In this document: positions 37,633 through 48,402 of the stretch, piece by piece
How positions within the stretch are numbered: the stretch's first letter is position 1
How the letters are laid out: every line of letters begins with the position of its first letter
Origin: Paludibacteraceae bacterium
GTDB lineage: Bacteria; Bacteroidota; Bacteroidia; Bacteroidales; Paludibacteraceae
Reading direction: 5' to 3'
Length of the DNA: 64,000 nucleotides
Assembly: GCA_028694215.1 (NCBI GenBank)
Contig: JAQUTW010000002.1
Location: forward strand, 13,915 to 77,914
The notes under the pieces: generated by a model
Told to the model about the DNA's origin: nothing
Database searches by the model: none
The model's input: the letters and a program-made list of their open reading frames with translations, nothing else
Position numbers and translations under genes: made by a program

Positions 37633-38259
37633 TTACTTCTTTTTGCCGTTACTGTTACCCATTTTTCGCGTTTTATTCAAATCTCTGTGACTGGCTAATT
37701 GCATTTTACTTTCATCCAAGTCTATTTTACCATGCGAAAGTTCCTTTAAATCCTTGAATACTTTAGTGTCGGTAACACTTTCTTTGTTCCAAATCAACAA
37801 ATTTTTTTTCATCTGATTGGCAATAATTCTTATCAACGCCTCTTTTTCTACGCCTTCCGGCATTTCTACCGCTTTGGCTATCAATTCCTGAATAGTTCTA
37901 CCATATTGTAGATAAGCAATATGGCTCTTTTTTGTAAAAATTTTATCAGGCGCCGTTCGAAGTGTATTTGGTTTCAAAATTTCATACGGATAGTCAATAT
38001 CCAATTTAAAATTTGACATCAAAGCCAAATGATCCCATAATTTATGTTTGAAATCCTGAATATCACGCAAGTATGGAAAAAGATTTCCCATAATATCGAT
38101 AATGGTTTTGGCACAACGAGTACGTTCTTCTTTATCTTTTATGGTTATGGCATAATCTACCATTTCTTGAATATTTCTGCCATATTCCGGCAATATCAGG
38201 CTGTCTTTCGGAGCATATTTTATAAGTTCTGACATAAAATTATAATTTAGGTTTGGCAA
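37633..38259 (-). CDS. DUF4290-family protein
   Basis: LPEYGRNIQEMVDYA... pattern conserved in Bacteroidota. Confidence 0.7.
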   Translation of the reverse strand: MPNLNYNFMSELIKYAPKDSLILPEYGRNIQEMVDYAITIKDKEERTRCAKTIIDIMGNLFPYLRDIQDFKHKLWDHLALMSNFKLDIDYPYEILKPNTLRTAPDKIFTKKSHIAYLQYGRTIQELIAKAVEMPEGVEKEALIRIIANQMKKNLLIWNKESVTDTKVFKDLKELSHGKIDLDESKMQLASHRDLNKTRKMGNSNGKKK

Positions 38260-38932
38260 CTGTTGCCATAAATTCTTTTAAATAAAACGGTTCAAAATAA
38301 GCAACATCTTCAAACTGTCTATTTTCAAAAGCAATTTCCGCTAAAGGAAACATATCTTTGGCAGAAGGCACAATGTTGTCTATTAAAAAAGTTGTTGTAT
38401 CAGCTAATAACTCCACACACTTGTTGGCTCCATTGCCAAAAAAATAGAAATTATGTTCTGTTCCTCGAAAATCCGACATAAAGGATTTATCTACAATAGA
38501 AGCTGATGTCGGAACAATTTGTTTTAAATGTTTGTTATAGCAGACCGAATATACTTCCATACGTCTGGCATCTATCATAGGACAAAGTATATCGTTTTGG
38601 TTAAACTGCTTATGATGGATTGCACCATTAGCCATAATTTTTAAAGTATCAACGGCAATTAGCGGAATCCCTGCACCAAAACAGAGACCTTTGGCAGAAG
38701 AAACTCCTATGCGCAAACCGGTATAAGATCCGGGACCGGAACTAACCGCCACCGCATCCAATTTTAAATCATTTGATTTGACAAAATCTAAAGTTTCCTG
38801 TATAAAAAGCGGTAAATTCACCGCATGTGACATTCCCTCGGAATGAATCAGTTCCAACAGACATTCACCATTTTGTGATAAAACGGTAGAACAAACTTCT
38901 GTCGAAGTTTCAATGTTTAATATCGTTGCCAT
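38240..38932 (-). CDS. tsaB: tRNA threonylcarbamoyladenosine biosynthesis protein TsaB
   Basis: ILNIETSTEVCS...VSSGPGSYTGLRIG motif. Confidence 0.9.
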   Translation of the reverse strand: MATILNIETSTEVCSTVLSQNGECLLELIHSEGMSHAVNLPLFIQETLDFVKSNDLKLDAVAVSSGPGSYTGLRIGVSSAKGLCFGAGIPLIAVDTLKIMANGAIHHKQFNQNDILCPMIDARRMEVYSVCYNKHLKQIVPTSASIVDKSFMSDFRGTEHNFYFFGNGANKCVELLADTTTFLIDNIVPSAKDMFPLAEIAFENRQFEDVAYFEPFYLKEFMATVAKPKL

Positions 38933-38982
38933 AGTTAATCTGCAAAGGTAATAAAAAGTTTTATTAATCTGTAAATTCTTTG

Positions 38983-38990
38983 TATTTTTG
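38983..38990 (+). promoter_or_regulatory. -7 element TATTTTTG upstream of the decayed ammonia-lyase gene
   Basis: TAnnTTTG match about 68 nt before position 39058. Confidence 0.45.
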
Positions 38991-39057
38991 CACTTCTATT
39001 TTGAACTTAAGGGGTGATAGTGTCCTATAATCAAGAAAAAAGACAAATTAAGCACAC

Positions 39058-39456
39058 ATGACAACCGATTATTTTACATTAGACGACATAAACGCCTATC
39101 TTTTTAAAAACAAAAAACTGATAATCAGCAAGGAACAAATGCAGGCTGTAACCGACTGCTACAATTTTCTACAGGATTTCTCTACACACAAAATCATTTA
39201 CGGCATCAATACAGGCTTTGGTCCTATGGCTCAATACCGCATTAACGATGCCGACTTGGAAGCTCTGCAATATAACATTATTCGCAGCCATTCCACCGGT
39301 GCAGGCAAACCACTTGATCCGCTGTATGTAAAAGCAGCTATGATTGTTCGTCTCAGCACCTTTTTGCAGGCAAAATCGGGTGTACATCCTGAAATAGTAC
39401 AACTATTAGCCGAATTTATCAACCGCGATATCTGTCCTTTTATTCCGGAACATGGG
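39058..39456 (+). pseudogene. 5' fragment (about 133 codons) of a histidine/aromatic-amino-acid ammonia-lyase gene
   Basis: GINTGFGPMA...IIRSHSTGAG...PFIPEHG matches the HAL/PAL N-terminus. The expected SVGASGDL (MIO) segment is missing, and the frame runs into unrelated residues with a stop at 39487-39489. Confidence 0.8.
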
Positions 39457-40261
39457 CTTAATACAATATGCCGAAGAACACGATATTGACTATCAAAAAT
39501 CAAGCATACGGCGTATTATCGGCATTGGAGAAGGATTGCGCAATCAGGATTTCAGTCTGAATCTGTTAGGCAGCAAAATAAAGAACAAGTGGGACGTTGA
39601 TTTGTTCGCCACCTATTCTTCTACCGAAATGGGAGCTACTTTTTCCGAATGCCCATGTGGCTGTGGAGGTCATCATCATCCGGATTTGCTGATTATTGAA
39701 ATTATTGGCGAAGATAACAGGCCTGTTCTTTCCGGTGAAATTGGTGAAATTGTTATTACGACCTTAGGTGTTGAAGGAATGCCACTCTTACGTTTCCGTA
39801 CGGGAGATATGGCCGGCATTCACACTGAACCTTGCCAGTGCGGACGACAGACAGTCCGTATCAGCCCGCTGATTGGCCGAAAAAATAATATGGTAAAATA
39901 TAAAGGAACGACACTTTATCCGCCAGCCATTAATGATGTACTTGATAATACCGAATATGTAGCCAATTATGTTGTGGTAGTGCGTGATTCGGATGCCGGC
40001 ACCGATGAAGTGGTAGTACGTATTGGTCTGAAAAAGGATTTTCATTATGCAAAATTGGCGACCAACATTGGTGAAGCCGAGTCGTCCATCATCAAAGATC
40101 TAAAAGATCGTTTTCGTGCACGTATCCGTGTTGCGCCCATTGTGGAAATTTTGCCGATAGACCTGATACAAAAAATCAACTATCCGGCACAGTCACGCAA
40201 ACCTATCAAATTTATTGACGAACGAAAAAGTCATAAGAGTAGGGATGTATTGTCTATATAA
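39452..40261 (+). pseudogene. 3' portion (about 268 codons) of a PaaK-like (phenylacetate-CoA ligase / F390 synthetase family) adenylate-forming enzyme gene
   Basis: YSSTEM, LLRFRTGD and MVKYKGTTLYP motifs are present, but the N-terminal AMP-binding half is absent. The reading frame differs from the upstream fragment. Confidence 0.75.
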
Positions 40262-40562
40262 AAACTATAAAATATAGAGAATACATAATTATTATTAAAG
40301 AATTGATAATTATCAAACTTTAATAAATAAACCAACCAAGCCATCAATCTAGGTAAATACAATTACTTATCAAATAAAAGAACTATATTTGTACTCTATA
40401 ACGAACAATTATTACGTTGTGTTTTTATTTATTAAACTTGAAGATTAATTCAGCAAATTCAAATAACAAAATATAACACAATTTATTTTTCTCAATTTCT
40501 ACAAATACAAATCAAACTACACTGCTATTATTTGGCAAAAACTTGCAACTAAATGAGAAACC

Positions 40563-41672
40563 ATGACAAACGAATTTGATGAGATACGTCCATATTACGA
40601 CAGTGAAATTCCTGCTGCCATGCAGCGGATGGCGGCAGACCCGTTACTGCACAAGGTAGCCGAATTTTTAATGCCAAATACGCCTTTTGAAGAAGTGCAG
40701 CATCTATTCCGATCTATCCGGACAACGGAAGAATTTCAGAAAAAAATCATGTATGAAGCGGTCCATGCAGTTGCCAAAAAAACTACTGACGGGTTTACAA
40801 CCGAAGGATTTGAGCATTTGAATCCAAACGAATGTTATCTGTTTGTCGCTAATCATCGCGATATTGTATTAGATGCATCATTACTGCAAATAGCACTGGT
40901 TGATCACGACATGCGCACCAGCGAAATCACTTTCGGAAGTAATTTGATGAAACCTCAGTTTGTCGTTGACTACGGAAAATCAAATAAGATGTTCAAAGTA
41001 GTAAGAGGTGCCAACATGCGCGATTTTCTAACCAACAGTCAATTGCTTTCACGCTATATGCGCGGAAAAATTGAACGAAAGGAAGATTCGGTATGGATTG
41101 CCCAGCGAAACGGACGCACCAAAAACGGAATTGATGCAACCGATCAGGGAATTATAAAAATGTTTGCCATGAGCGGAAGCGGCAATGTCCTCGAATCCAT
41201 CGAATCACTGCATATTGTCCCGGTAGCTATTTCGTATCAGATTGAACCTTGCGACAGTCTGAAAGCACACGAATTATACTTCAGCCGAAAAGGTCCGTAT
41301 GTAAAATCACCAATGGAAGACCTGAACAGTATTATAACAGGTATCTTACAGCCAAAAGGGAAAGTGCACATGCAAATTATGCCATGCATTAACGAGCGTC
41401 TGAAATCGTTGGAGAAACTTACCAAAAACGAATTATACAAAGGAGTAGCAGAGCTTATTGACGAAGAAATTTCAGCAGGTTATAAACTATATGACAACAA
41501 CTACATTGCGTATGATTTGCTGCATCAAACTAACCAATATGCAGACAAATATACACCCGAAGCCAAAGAACGTTTTCAGGTACACCAAAACAAAATATTA
41601 GCATTGTTGCCAATACTAAATGATGAAATTAGCACTATTTTCTTAGAGATATATGCCAATGCGCTGCATTAA
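40563..41672 (+). CDS. PlsC/LPLAT-family acyltransferase (369 aa)
   Basis: HX4D motif ANHRDIVLD and a downstream FGSN...RNGRT block. Confidence 0.75.
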   Translation: MTNEFDEIRPYYDSEIPAAMQRMAADPLLHKVAEFLMPNTPFEEVQHLFRSIRTTEEFQKKIMYEAVHAVAKKTTDGFTTEGFEHLNPNECYLFVANHRDIVLDASLLQIALVDHDMRTSEITFGSNLMKPQFVVDYGKSNKMFKVVRGANMRDFLTNSQLLSRYMRGKIERKEDSVWIAQRNGRTKNGIDATDQGIIKMFAMSGSGNVLESIESLHIVPVAISYQIEPCDSLKAHELYFSRKGPYVKSPMEDLNSIITGILQPKGKVHMQIMPCINERLKSLEKLTKNELYKGVAELIDEEISAGYKLYDNNYIAYDLLHQTNQYADKYTPEAKERFQVHQNKILALLPILNDEISTIFLEIYANALH

Positions 41673-41714
41673 TTTGTTTTATTAGAATTTTACAAAAGGT
41701 ATCGAAATAAGTTG

Positions 41715-41722
41715 TATTTTTG
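41715..41722 (+). promoter_or_regulatory. -7 element TATTTTTG for yicC
   Basis: TAnnTTTG match 30 nt before the ATG at 41752. Confidence 0.55.
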
Positions 41723-41751
41723 TACAAGTAACTAAAAATATTATAATCATT

Positions 41752-42627
41752 ATGATTCAATCAATGACCGGCTTTGGAAAAGCCACCTGCGAATATGGCA
41801 GCAAAAAAATTGTAATCGAAGTTAAATCACTCAACAGTAAACAATTAGATATTTCTACACGCATCGCAAATTTGTATCGTGAAAAAGATATTGAACTACG
41901 TAACGCAATTGCGCAAAAATTGGAACGAGGCAAAATAGACTTTACACTTTCTGTACAAGATATCGTTGCGGAGCAAACTACGGCTATAAACAAGCCACTA
42001 ATAGAATCTTATTTTCAGCAAATACAAGACCTTTCAAAAGAATTAGGAATAAACACGCCATCTAATTGGATGGAAATACTACTTCGCTTCCCAGACGTTC
42101 TTAAAACAGAAGCTAAGACGTTAGATGAAGCAGAATGGGCTGCAGTACAAATAGCATTGAACGAGGCCTTTGACAAAATAATAGCATTTCGGAAAGCCGA
42201 AGGAGCGGCTATGGAAAAAATGTTTAAGGAAAAAATTACACGTATCGGCGAACTGTTAGCCGAAGTTGATGTTTATGAACAAGAACGTGTGGCAAAAATA
42301 AAATCACGTTTAGAAGAAGATATGCGCAGTATTCAAGACAAAGTGACAATCGATAAAAACCGTTTTGAACAAGAAATGATATTCTACATCGAAAAATTAG
42401 ATGTTAATGAAGAAAAAGTGCGCTTAAAAACACACCTGAATTATTTTCTTGAAACTATGGAACACGGCACATCGCAAGGCAAAAAATTAGGATTTATTGC
42501 GCAAGAAATGGGACGCGAAATTAATACACTCGGTTCAAAATCCAACCATAGCGAAATGCAAAAAATAGTGGTAAAAATGAAAGACCAATTGGAACAGATA
42601 AAAGAACAGGTACTGAATGTGCTTTAA
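41752..42627 (+). CDS. yicC: YicC-family stress-induced protein
   Basis: MIQSMTGFGKA start and C-terminal GFIAQEMGREINTLGSK. Confidence 0.92.
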   Translation: MIQSMTGFGKATCEYGSKKIVIEVKSLNSKQLDISTRIANLYREKDIELRNAIAQKLERGKIDFTLSVQDIVAEQTTAINKPLIESYFQQIQDLSKELGINTPSNWMEILLRFPDVLKTEAKTLDEAEWAAVQIALNEAFDKIIAFRKAEGAAMEKMFKEKITRIGELLAEVDVYEQERVAKIKSRLEEDMRSIQDKVTIDKNRFEQEMIFYIEKLDVNEEKVRLKTHLNYFLETMEHGTSQGKKLGFIAQEMGREINTLGSKSNHSEMQKIVVKMKDQLEQIKEQVLNVL

Positions 42628-42641
42628 ATATCAAATCAATT

Positions 42642-43208
42642 ATGAGTGGTAGATTAATCATATTTTCAGCACCATCAGGCGCAGGCAAAAGTACCCTTGT
42701 TCAATCGTTAATAGATTCCGGAATAGAATTTAGTTTTTCTGTATCTGCCACAAGCAGGCAACCACGTGGTAATGAACGTAATGGTGTAGAATACTATTTT
42801 TTAACGCCTGATGAATTTAAACGTAAAATAAATACCGATGAATTTGTTGAATATGAAGAGGTGTATCCTGACTGTTTTTATGGTACATTGAAATCGGAAC
42901 TGCAAAAAAAATTGGACGAAGGGAAAAATATGTTGTTTGATGTAGATGTGGTTGGCGGCTTGAATATCAAAAAACAATATGGCAATCAAGCATTGGCTAT
43001 TTTTATTATGCCACCTTCAAAAGAAAAATTACGTGAAAGATTGATTAAACGCAGTACAGATTCTGAAGAAATGATAGAAAAACGGATTGCCAAAGCTGAC
43101 TGGGAAATGACATTTGCACCTCAATTTGATATTGTAATAGTTAACAATATTTTGGAAGAAGCAAAAAAACAAGTCGAAACAACCGTACGTCATTTTTTGT
43201 CACATTGA
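42642..43208 (+). CDS. gmk: Guanylate kinase
   Basis: SAPSGAGKST, ATSRQPRGNE..GVEYYF. Confidence 0.96.
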   Translation: MSGRLIIFSAPSGAGKSTLVQSLIDSGIEFSFSVSATSRQPRGNERNGVEYYFLTPDEFKRKINTDEFVEYEEVYPDCFYGTLKSELQKKLDEGKNMLFDVDVVGGLNIKKQYGNQALAIFIMPPSKEKLRERLIKRSTDSEEMIEKRIAKADWEMTFAPQFDIVIVNNILEEAKKQVETTVRHFLSH

Positions 43209-43218
43209 TTTTTTTCGC

Positions 43219-43803
43219 ATGCAAAAACATCTACATATCGGACTTTATTTCGGGTCATTCAATCCGATTCATAATGGACATCTATCTTTAGCTAATTATT
43301 TGATAGACAATAATTATGTAGATGAAATATGGTTGGTCGTTTCTCCACAAAATCCTTTTAAACAAAATAAATTGCAGCTTCCGGCACAAACACGTTTTTC
43401 GCTGGCAAAAAAAGCTGTTGGTAATTATCAACATATTAAAGTAAGTGATATTGAATTTGACTTGCCACAACCAAATTATACCATTAATACATTACGAATT
43501 TTATCACAAACATATCCATTATATAAGTTTTCACTGATAATAGGTGCTGATAATGTAAATGAGTTTAACCGTTGGAAATCATACGAAGATATTTTAAAAA
43601 ATTATTCTGTGCTCGTATATCCACGCACTGAGTATCCGATAAATGAATTATTACCTTCAATGTATTTACTGAAAAAAGCTCCATTATTTCCTTTTTCGTC
43701 CACTACGGTGCGTGAAAAAATTATGAATGGTGAAGATATTTCCAAATTAGTCCCTGCATCAATAAAAGATCAGTGTATAGAACTTTATATTCAAATGCCA
43801 TAA
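43219..43803 (+). CDS. nadD: Nicotinate-nucleotide adenylyltransferase
   Basis: GLYFGSFNPIHNGH and the ISSTxxR-like FSSTTVRE. Confidence 0.93.
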   Translation: MQKHLHIGLYFGSFNPIHNGHLSLANYLIDNNYVDEIWLVVSPQNPFKQNKLQLPAQTRFSLAKKAVGNYQHIKVSDIEFDLPQPNYTINTLRILSQTYPLYKFSLIIGADNVNEFNRWKSYEDILKNYSVLVYPRTEYPINELLPSMYLLKKAPLFPFSSTTVREKIMNGEDISKLVPASIKDQCIELYIQMP

Positions 43804-43826
43804 CCGTTACTAAAATCTCCAATTTT

Positions 43827-45854
43827 ATGAATGAACACTGGCTCTCTTTACCTTTAACTGATCCAATAGCTATTTTTCTATTGGTATTGTTGATTATATT
43901 GTGCGCACCGGTCTTCAATAAATTAAAAATTCCCCATATTGTTGGTCTGATACTGGCTGGTGTGCTCTTAGGTCCTCATGGACTTAATGTCTTGGCAAAC
44001 GATCAAAGTTTTGAGCTATTTGGCAAAGTTGGTATTTTGTACATTATGTTTTTAGCGGGATTAGAAATAGATCTCAATACCTTTAAAAAAAACAGTACAA
44101 AAGGTGCCATCTTTGGAATGTATACGTTTTTAGTGCCAATGATTATTGGTGTCTTGTCAGGAATATATTTACTTCATTTTGATTTTCTTACATCTGTTCT
44201 ATTGGCCAGTATGTATGCCTCTCATACTCTAATTGCGTATCCATTGGTCAGCCGCATGGGAATATCTAAAAGTCGTTCGATCAGCATTACGGTTTCAGGC
44301 ACAATTATAACAGTTACATTAGCATTGCTTATATTAGCCATCATTGTAGCTTTAAACAAAAGCCAGATGAATGCTGCTTTTTGGATTAAATTAGGCGTTT
44401 CATCATGTATCTTTGTATTCGTCGTATTTTTTCTGTTTCCAAAAATTGCCCGTTATTTCTTAACACGTTATAGCGATGGTATTGTACAATATATTTTTGT
44501 ACTTGCTTTAGTTTTTGCAGCTTCTCTGTTAGCTCAATTGGCTGGTTTGGAAGGTATTTTAGGGGCTTTTTTTGCCGGACTGATATTGAATCGATTTATC
44601 CCGAGTGTTTCGCCACTGATGAATCGGGTAGAATTTATAGGTAATGCTATTTTTATACCGTTTTTCCTTATCAGTATAGGAATGATGGTGAATATAAGAA
44701 GCTTTTTTGATGGTTTTCAGGCACTTTGGGTTGCAATTGTTATGTCTGTTGTAGCAACCTTCTCAAAATGGTTGGCAGCTTTTTTAACGCAAAAAAACTG
44801 CCGTCTGACTTCTACCGAAGGAATGCTTATTTTTGGTTTGAGCAACGGACAAGCTGCCGCAACATTGGCTGCTGTAATGATTGGCTACAACCTTGGATTA
44901 TTGAACGAAAATGTGCTGAATGGAACGATTGTTATGATTTTAGTCACTTGTGCTATTAGCTCTATTGTAACAGAAAAAGCAGCCCGAAAATTAGCATTGG
45001 AAGAAGTGCGTACGGAAAAAAGTTTCAGAACAGATATACAAGATCGGATTTTAATTCCTATTGCCAATCCTAAAACAATGTCACAATTAATCGATGTCGG
45101 AAATTTAATAAAACGTCCCAGCAATAAAAAAGGGCTTTTTGCATTAAATATCGATTTCTTGAACGATGAAAATGTTGTCGGAAGCAAATTGATGGAAAGT
45201 GCTTGTAAAATAGCAGCTTCTACAGAAAACGAGTTGGTTCCTATATTCAAAAATGATGTAAATGTCCCCAACTGCATCATAGAAACTATGTGCGAAAATA
45301 AAATTACAGATTTAGTGCTTGGAATAAACCAACAAAAAAATTCGGGGAACTTTTTTAACTCTATCATAGAACGTATCACTTATGACTCGTATGAAAATAT
45401 ATTAATTTATGGATCCAAACAACCTTTTAATAAAGTAAAACGTTTAGTAATAGCAGTTCCAAGTAAAGCAGAATTTGAGGAAGGTTTTGAACTTTGGTTT
45501 GAACGCATGAAGAATTTTGCTGTTCAATTGGGACTAAAAATAGTATTTTTCACCAACAACGAAACAAAACAAGTTTTATCTAAAATGTGTGATAACTACA
45601 AAAATCTAAATGTTTCCTATCAGAAACTGATGCGCTGGGAAGATTTTTTGATCATAACCAAGGCAACCAATGAACATGATGTTGTCGCCGTGATTTCTGC
45701 GCGTAAATACACTTTGTCATATAATCCTTTATTAGAAAAAGTACCATACTATTTAACCAAATATTTTTCTGAAAATAATTTTTTCCTGATTTTCCCAAAA
45801 CAAACGCTTTCGCATGAAACAACCGGTAAACTTTTCAATCCTTTGCATGTTTAA
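43827..45854 (+). CDS. Cation:proton antiporter (CPA family) with a large cytoplasmic C-terminal domain
   Basis: About 12 TM segments and a GLEID motif. I use the ATG at 43827, the first start after the nadD stop. Confidence 0.85.
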   Translation: MNEHWLSLPLTDPIAIFLLVLLIILCAPVFNKLKIPHIVGLILAGVLLGPHGLNVLANDQSFELFGKVGILYIMFLAGLEIDLNTFKKNSTKGAIFGMYTFLVPMIIGVLSGIYLLHFDFLTSVLLASMYASHTLIAYPLVSRMGISKSRSISITVSGTIITVTLALLILAIIVALNKSQMNAAFWIKLGVSSCIFVFVVFFLFPKIARYFLTRYSDGIVQYIFVLALVFAASLLAQLAGLEGILGAFFAGLILNRFIPSVSPLMNRVEFIGNAIFIPFFLISIGMMVNIRSFFDGFQALWVAIVMSVVATFSKWLAAFLTQKNCRLTSTEGMLIFGLSNGQAAATLAAVMIGYNLGLLNENVLNGTIVMILVTCAISSIVTEKAARKLALEEVRTEKSFRTDIQDRILIPIANPKTMSQLIDVGNLIKRPSNKKGLFALNIDFLNDENVVGSKLMESACKIAASTENELVPIFKNDVNVPNCIIETMCENKITDLVLGINQQKNSGNFFNSIIERITYDSYENILIYGSKQPFNKVKRLVIAVPSKAEFEEGFELWFERMKNFAVQLGLKIVFFTNNETKQVLSKMCDNYKNLNVSYQKLMRWEDFLIITKATNEHDVVAVISARKYTLSYNPLLEKVPYYLTKYFSENNFFLIFPKQTLSHETTGKLFNPLHV

Positions 45855-45865
45855 ACAAATACGAA

Positions 45866-47563
45866 ATGTATATTAAATCATTATTTAATTATCAGAGACG
45901 AGCCACACTTAATGTAAAAGTGGGACAGTTAGGAATTGGAGGAGTGTATCCAATCCGGATACAATCGATGGCCAACACAAATACCAATGACATTAACGAT
46001 TCGGTAGCACAAACAATGCAGATTACATCTGTCGGAGGCGATCTGGTACGTTTTACAACACAAGGGCTTCGTGAAGCCGAGAGTTTGGCTAAAATTCATG
46101 ATATATTACGGGAAAAACATATTTTGGTTCCATTAGTGGCAGATGTACATTTCAATCCAAAAGTAGCAGAAGCGGCTGCATGCCACGTAGAAAAAGTTCG
46201 CATTAATCCCGGAAATTATGTTACAAGTAAACATGGAGAATATACAGAGGAAGAATGGAATAATGAATTACAAAAAATCCATGAAAAATTCTCTAAATTA
46301 TTGACTATTTGTAAAGAACACGGCACGGCGTTGCGTATTGGTGTTAATCATGGTTCATTATCACCACGTATTTTAAATCGTTACGGCGATACTCCAAAAG
46401 GTTTGGTCGTTTCTTGTATGGAATTTTTACAAATATGTAAAGAAGAAAATTTTAATAATATCATTCTTTCTGTAAAATCTTCCAATACTTTAGTAATGGT
46501 ACAAGCTGTACGTTTGTTGGTAGAAACAATGAATAATGCCGGTATGAATTTTCCTCTGCATTTAGGTGTAACGGAGGCGGGCGAAGGAGAAGACGGACGC
46601 ATAAAATCGGCCGTAGGTATCGGCACTTTGTTGGCAGATGGAATAGGTGATACCATACGTGTTTCTTTGAGTGAAAATCCGGAATGTGAAATACCTGTAG
46701 CACGCAAATTAGTGGACTATATCACATCACGCATAGAACATAAGCCAATTGACGGACACATATCTCCCAACTTTAACAATTACACCTATCATCGGCGTGT
46801 TACTTCGTCTGTCCAAGCCATTGGAGGTAATAATCAAATAGCAGTAATTGGCACACAAAAAACGAACAATAATACTTGTGCACCGGATATTTTTCTTGAT
46901 GAAATTCCCGAAATATGTGAAATAACCTATTCCGACTTAACCGCCAACTATATAAATCAATTGAAAAACAAACAAAATGTTGTCATTTTACTACGTTCAT
47001 ATCATCAAAATCCAATCGGAGAAATGCGTGCCGTTTTTCATCGTCTGTTAACGGAGAAAATAAATCACCCCGTCATTATTGCTTTTGATTATGTAGAATC
47101 TAAATTGGAAAATTTACAAATAAAAGCTGCTGCTGATTTTGGCGCATTGTTGTTAGATGGCTTTGGCGATGCCATTTTGCTGACAAATAACAACAAAAGC
47201 ATTTCAGCAGATGCTGTTTATTCAACAGCTTTTGGTATTTTACAGGCGACTCGTGTCAGAATAAGCCGAACAGAATATATCTCTTGCCCAAGCTGTGGAC
47301 GAACTTTATTCGATTTACAAACAACTGTTGCCAAGGTAAAAGCAGCAACTGCACATCTAAAAAACCTGAAAATCGCAATAATGGGATGCATTGTAAATGG
47401 TCCCGGAGAAATGGCAGATGCCGATTATGGCTATGTTGGAGCAGGGAAGGGTAAAATTAGTTTATACCGAAAAAATGTATGCATAGAAAAAAATATACTG
47501 GAAGAAAATGCCATCACAAAATTAATGGAACTTATCAGAAAAGACCAAATGATGGAAAAATAG
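45866..47563 (+). CDS. ispG: 4-hydroxy-3-methylbut-2-en-1-yl diphosphate synthase (long Bacteroidota form)
   Basis: IRIQSMANT, VRINPGN, and the C-terminal ISCPSCGRT...GCIVNGPGE Fe-S motif. Confidence 0.95.
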   Translation: MYIKSLFNYQRRATLNVKVGQLGIGGVYPIRIQSMANTNTNDINDSVAQTMQITSVGGDLVRFTTQGLREAESLAKIHDILREKHILVPLVADVHFNPKVAEAAACHVEKVRINPGNYVTSKHGEYTEEEWNNELQKIHEKFSKLLTICKEHGTALRIGVNHGSLSPRILNRYGDTPKGLVVSCMEFLQICKEENFNNIILSVKSSNTLVMVQAVRLLVETMNNAGMNFPLHLGVTEAGEGEDGRIKSAVGIGTLLADGIGDTIRVSLSENPECEIPVARKLVDYITSRIEHKPIDGHISPNFNNYTYHRRVTSSVQAIGGNNQIAVIGTQKTNNNTCAPDIFLDEIPEICEITYSDLTANYINQLKNKQNVVILLRSYHQNPIGEMRAVFHRLLTEKINHPVIIAFDYVESKLENLQIKAAADFGALLLDGFGDAILLTNNNKSISADAVYSTAFGILQATRVRISRTEYISCPSCGRTLFDLQTTVAKVKAATAHLKNLKIAIMGCIVNGPGEMADADYGYVGAGKGKISLYRKNVCIEKNILEENAITKLMELIRKDQMMEK

Positions 47564-47608
47564 TATATTAAAAAATGGAAATAAAACAAATTACTAAAAA
47601 ACAAAACG

Positions 47609-47637
47609 AAAAACCGCTTTTTTAGGCGGTTTTTTTT
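47609..47637 (+). terminator. Rho-independent terminator after ispG
   Basis: AAAAACCGC-8 nt-GCGGTTTTT followed by a T run. Confidence 0.85.
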
Positions 47638-47640
47638 GTT

Positions 47641-47648
47641 TATCTTTG
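47641..47648 (+). promoter_or_regulatory. -7 element TATCTTTG for hisA
   Basis: Exact motif 15 nt before the ATG at 47663. Confidence 0.6.
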
Positions 47649-47662
47649 CCAAAAATTATAAA

Positions 47663-48385
47663 ATGATAGAATTAATCCCTGCCATTGATATTATTAACGG
47701 AAAATGCGTAAGATTGTCACAGGGCAACTATGACCAACAAAAAAACTATCAAAAAGATCCGCTTGCCATGGCAAAAGACTTTGAAAATCATGGCATAAGA
47801 CGTCTTCATTTGGTAGATTTGGATGGTGCAAAAGCTCAACACATTGTAAATTATAATGTGTTAGAAAAAATTGCATTACACACGCAATTAACGATTGATT
47901 TTGGAGGAGGATTAAAAAGTAATGAAGATTTGCGCATTGCCTTTGAGTCGGGAGCTTCCATGATAACGGGAGGCAGCATAGCCGTAAAAAACGAATCGTT
48001 ATTTACAGAATGGTTAGCAAAATTTGGAAACGAAAAGATTATATTGGGAGCAGATGTAAAAGACGAGAAAGTAAGTGTTACAGGATGGACAGAAACTACA
48101 GATATCCAACTCATTCCGTTTATAGAAAACTACCAAAAAAAAGGTATTAAACAAATAATTTGTACCGATATAAGTAAAGACGGAATGCTTCAAGGAGTTT
48201 CTATTGATTTGTACAAGAAAATTTTAAAACAAATTCCTGATATACATCTTATTGCAAGTGGAGGTGTCGCTTCGTGGAAAGATATTGAAACCTTGGAAGA
48301 AGCCCACATTCCGGCAGTTATATTCGGAAAAGCGTTTTATGAAGGAAACATAACATTGGCAGAAATAGAGAAATATATATTATAA
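47663..48385 (+). CDS. hisA: ProFAR isomerase HisA
   Basis: [23 protein letters not shown]...LVDLDGA...ASGGV pattern, which is HisA rather than HisF. Confidence 0.92.
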   Translation: MIELIPAIDIINGKCVRLSQGNYDQQKNYQKDPLAMAKDFENHGIRRLHLVDLDGAKAQHIVNYNVLEKIALHTQLTIDFGGGLKSNEDLRIAFESGASMITGGSIAVKNESLFTEWLAKFGNEKIILGADVKDEKVSVTGWTETTDIQLIPFIENYQKKGIKQIICTDISKDGMLQGVSIDLYKKILKQIPDIHLIASGGVASWKDIETLEEAHIPAVIFGKAFYEGNITLAEIEKYIL

Positions 48386-48402
48386 TTTTTGATGAAAATA
48401 AT

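Noticed and set aside
39452-40261. Treating the 269-aa ORF as an intact gene
   Set aside because: It lacks the entire N-terminal adenylation half of its family. Its ATG is created inside the last conserved codons of the upstream lyase fragment. I report it as a pseudogene fragment instead.
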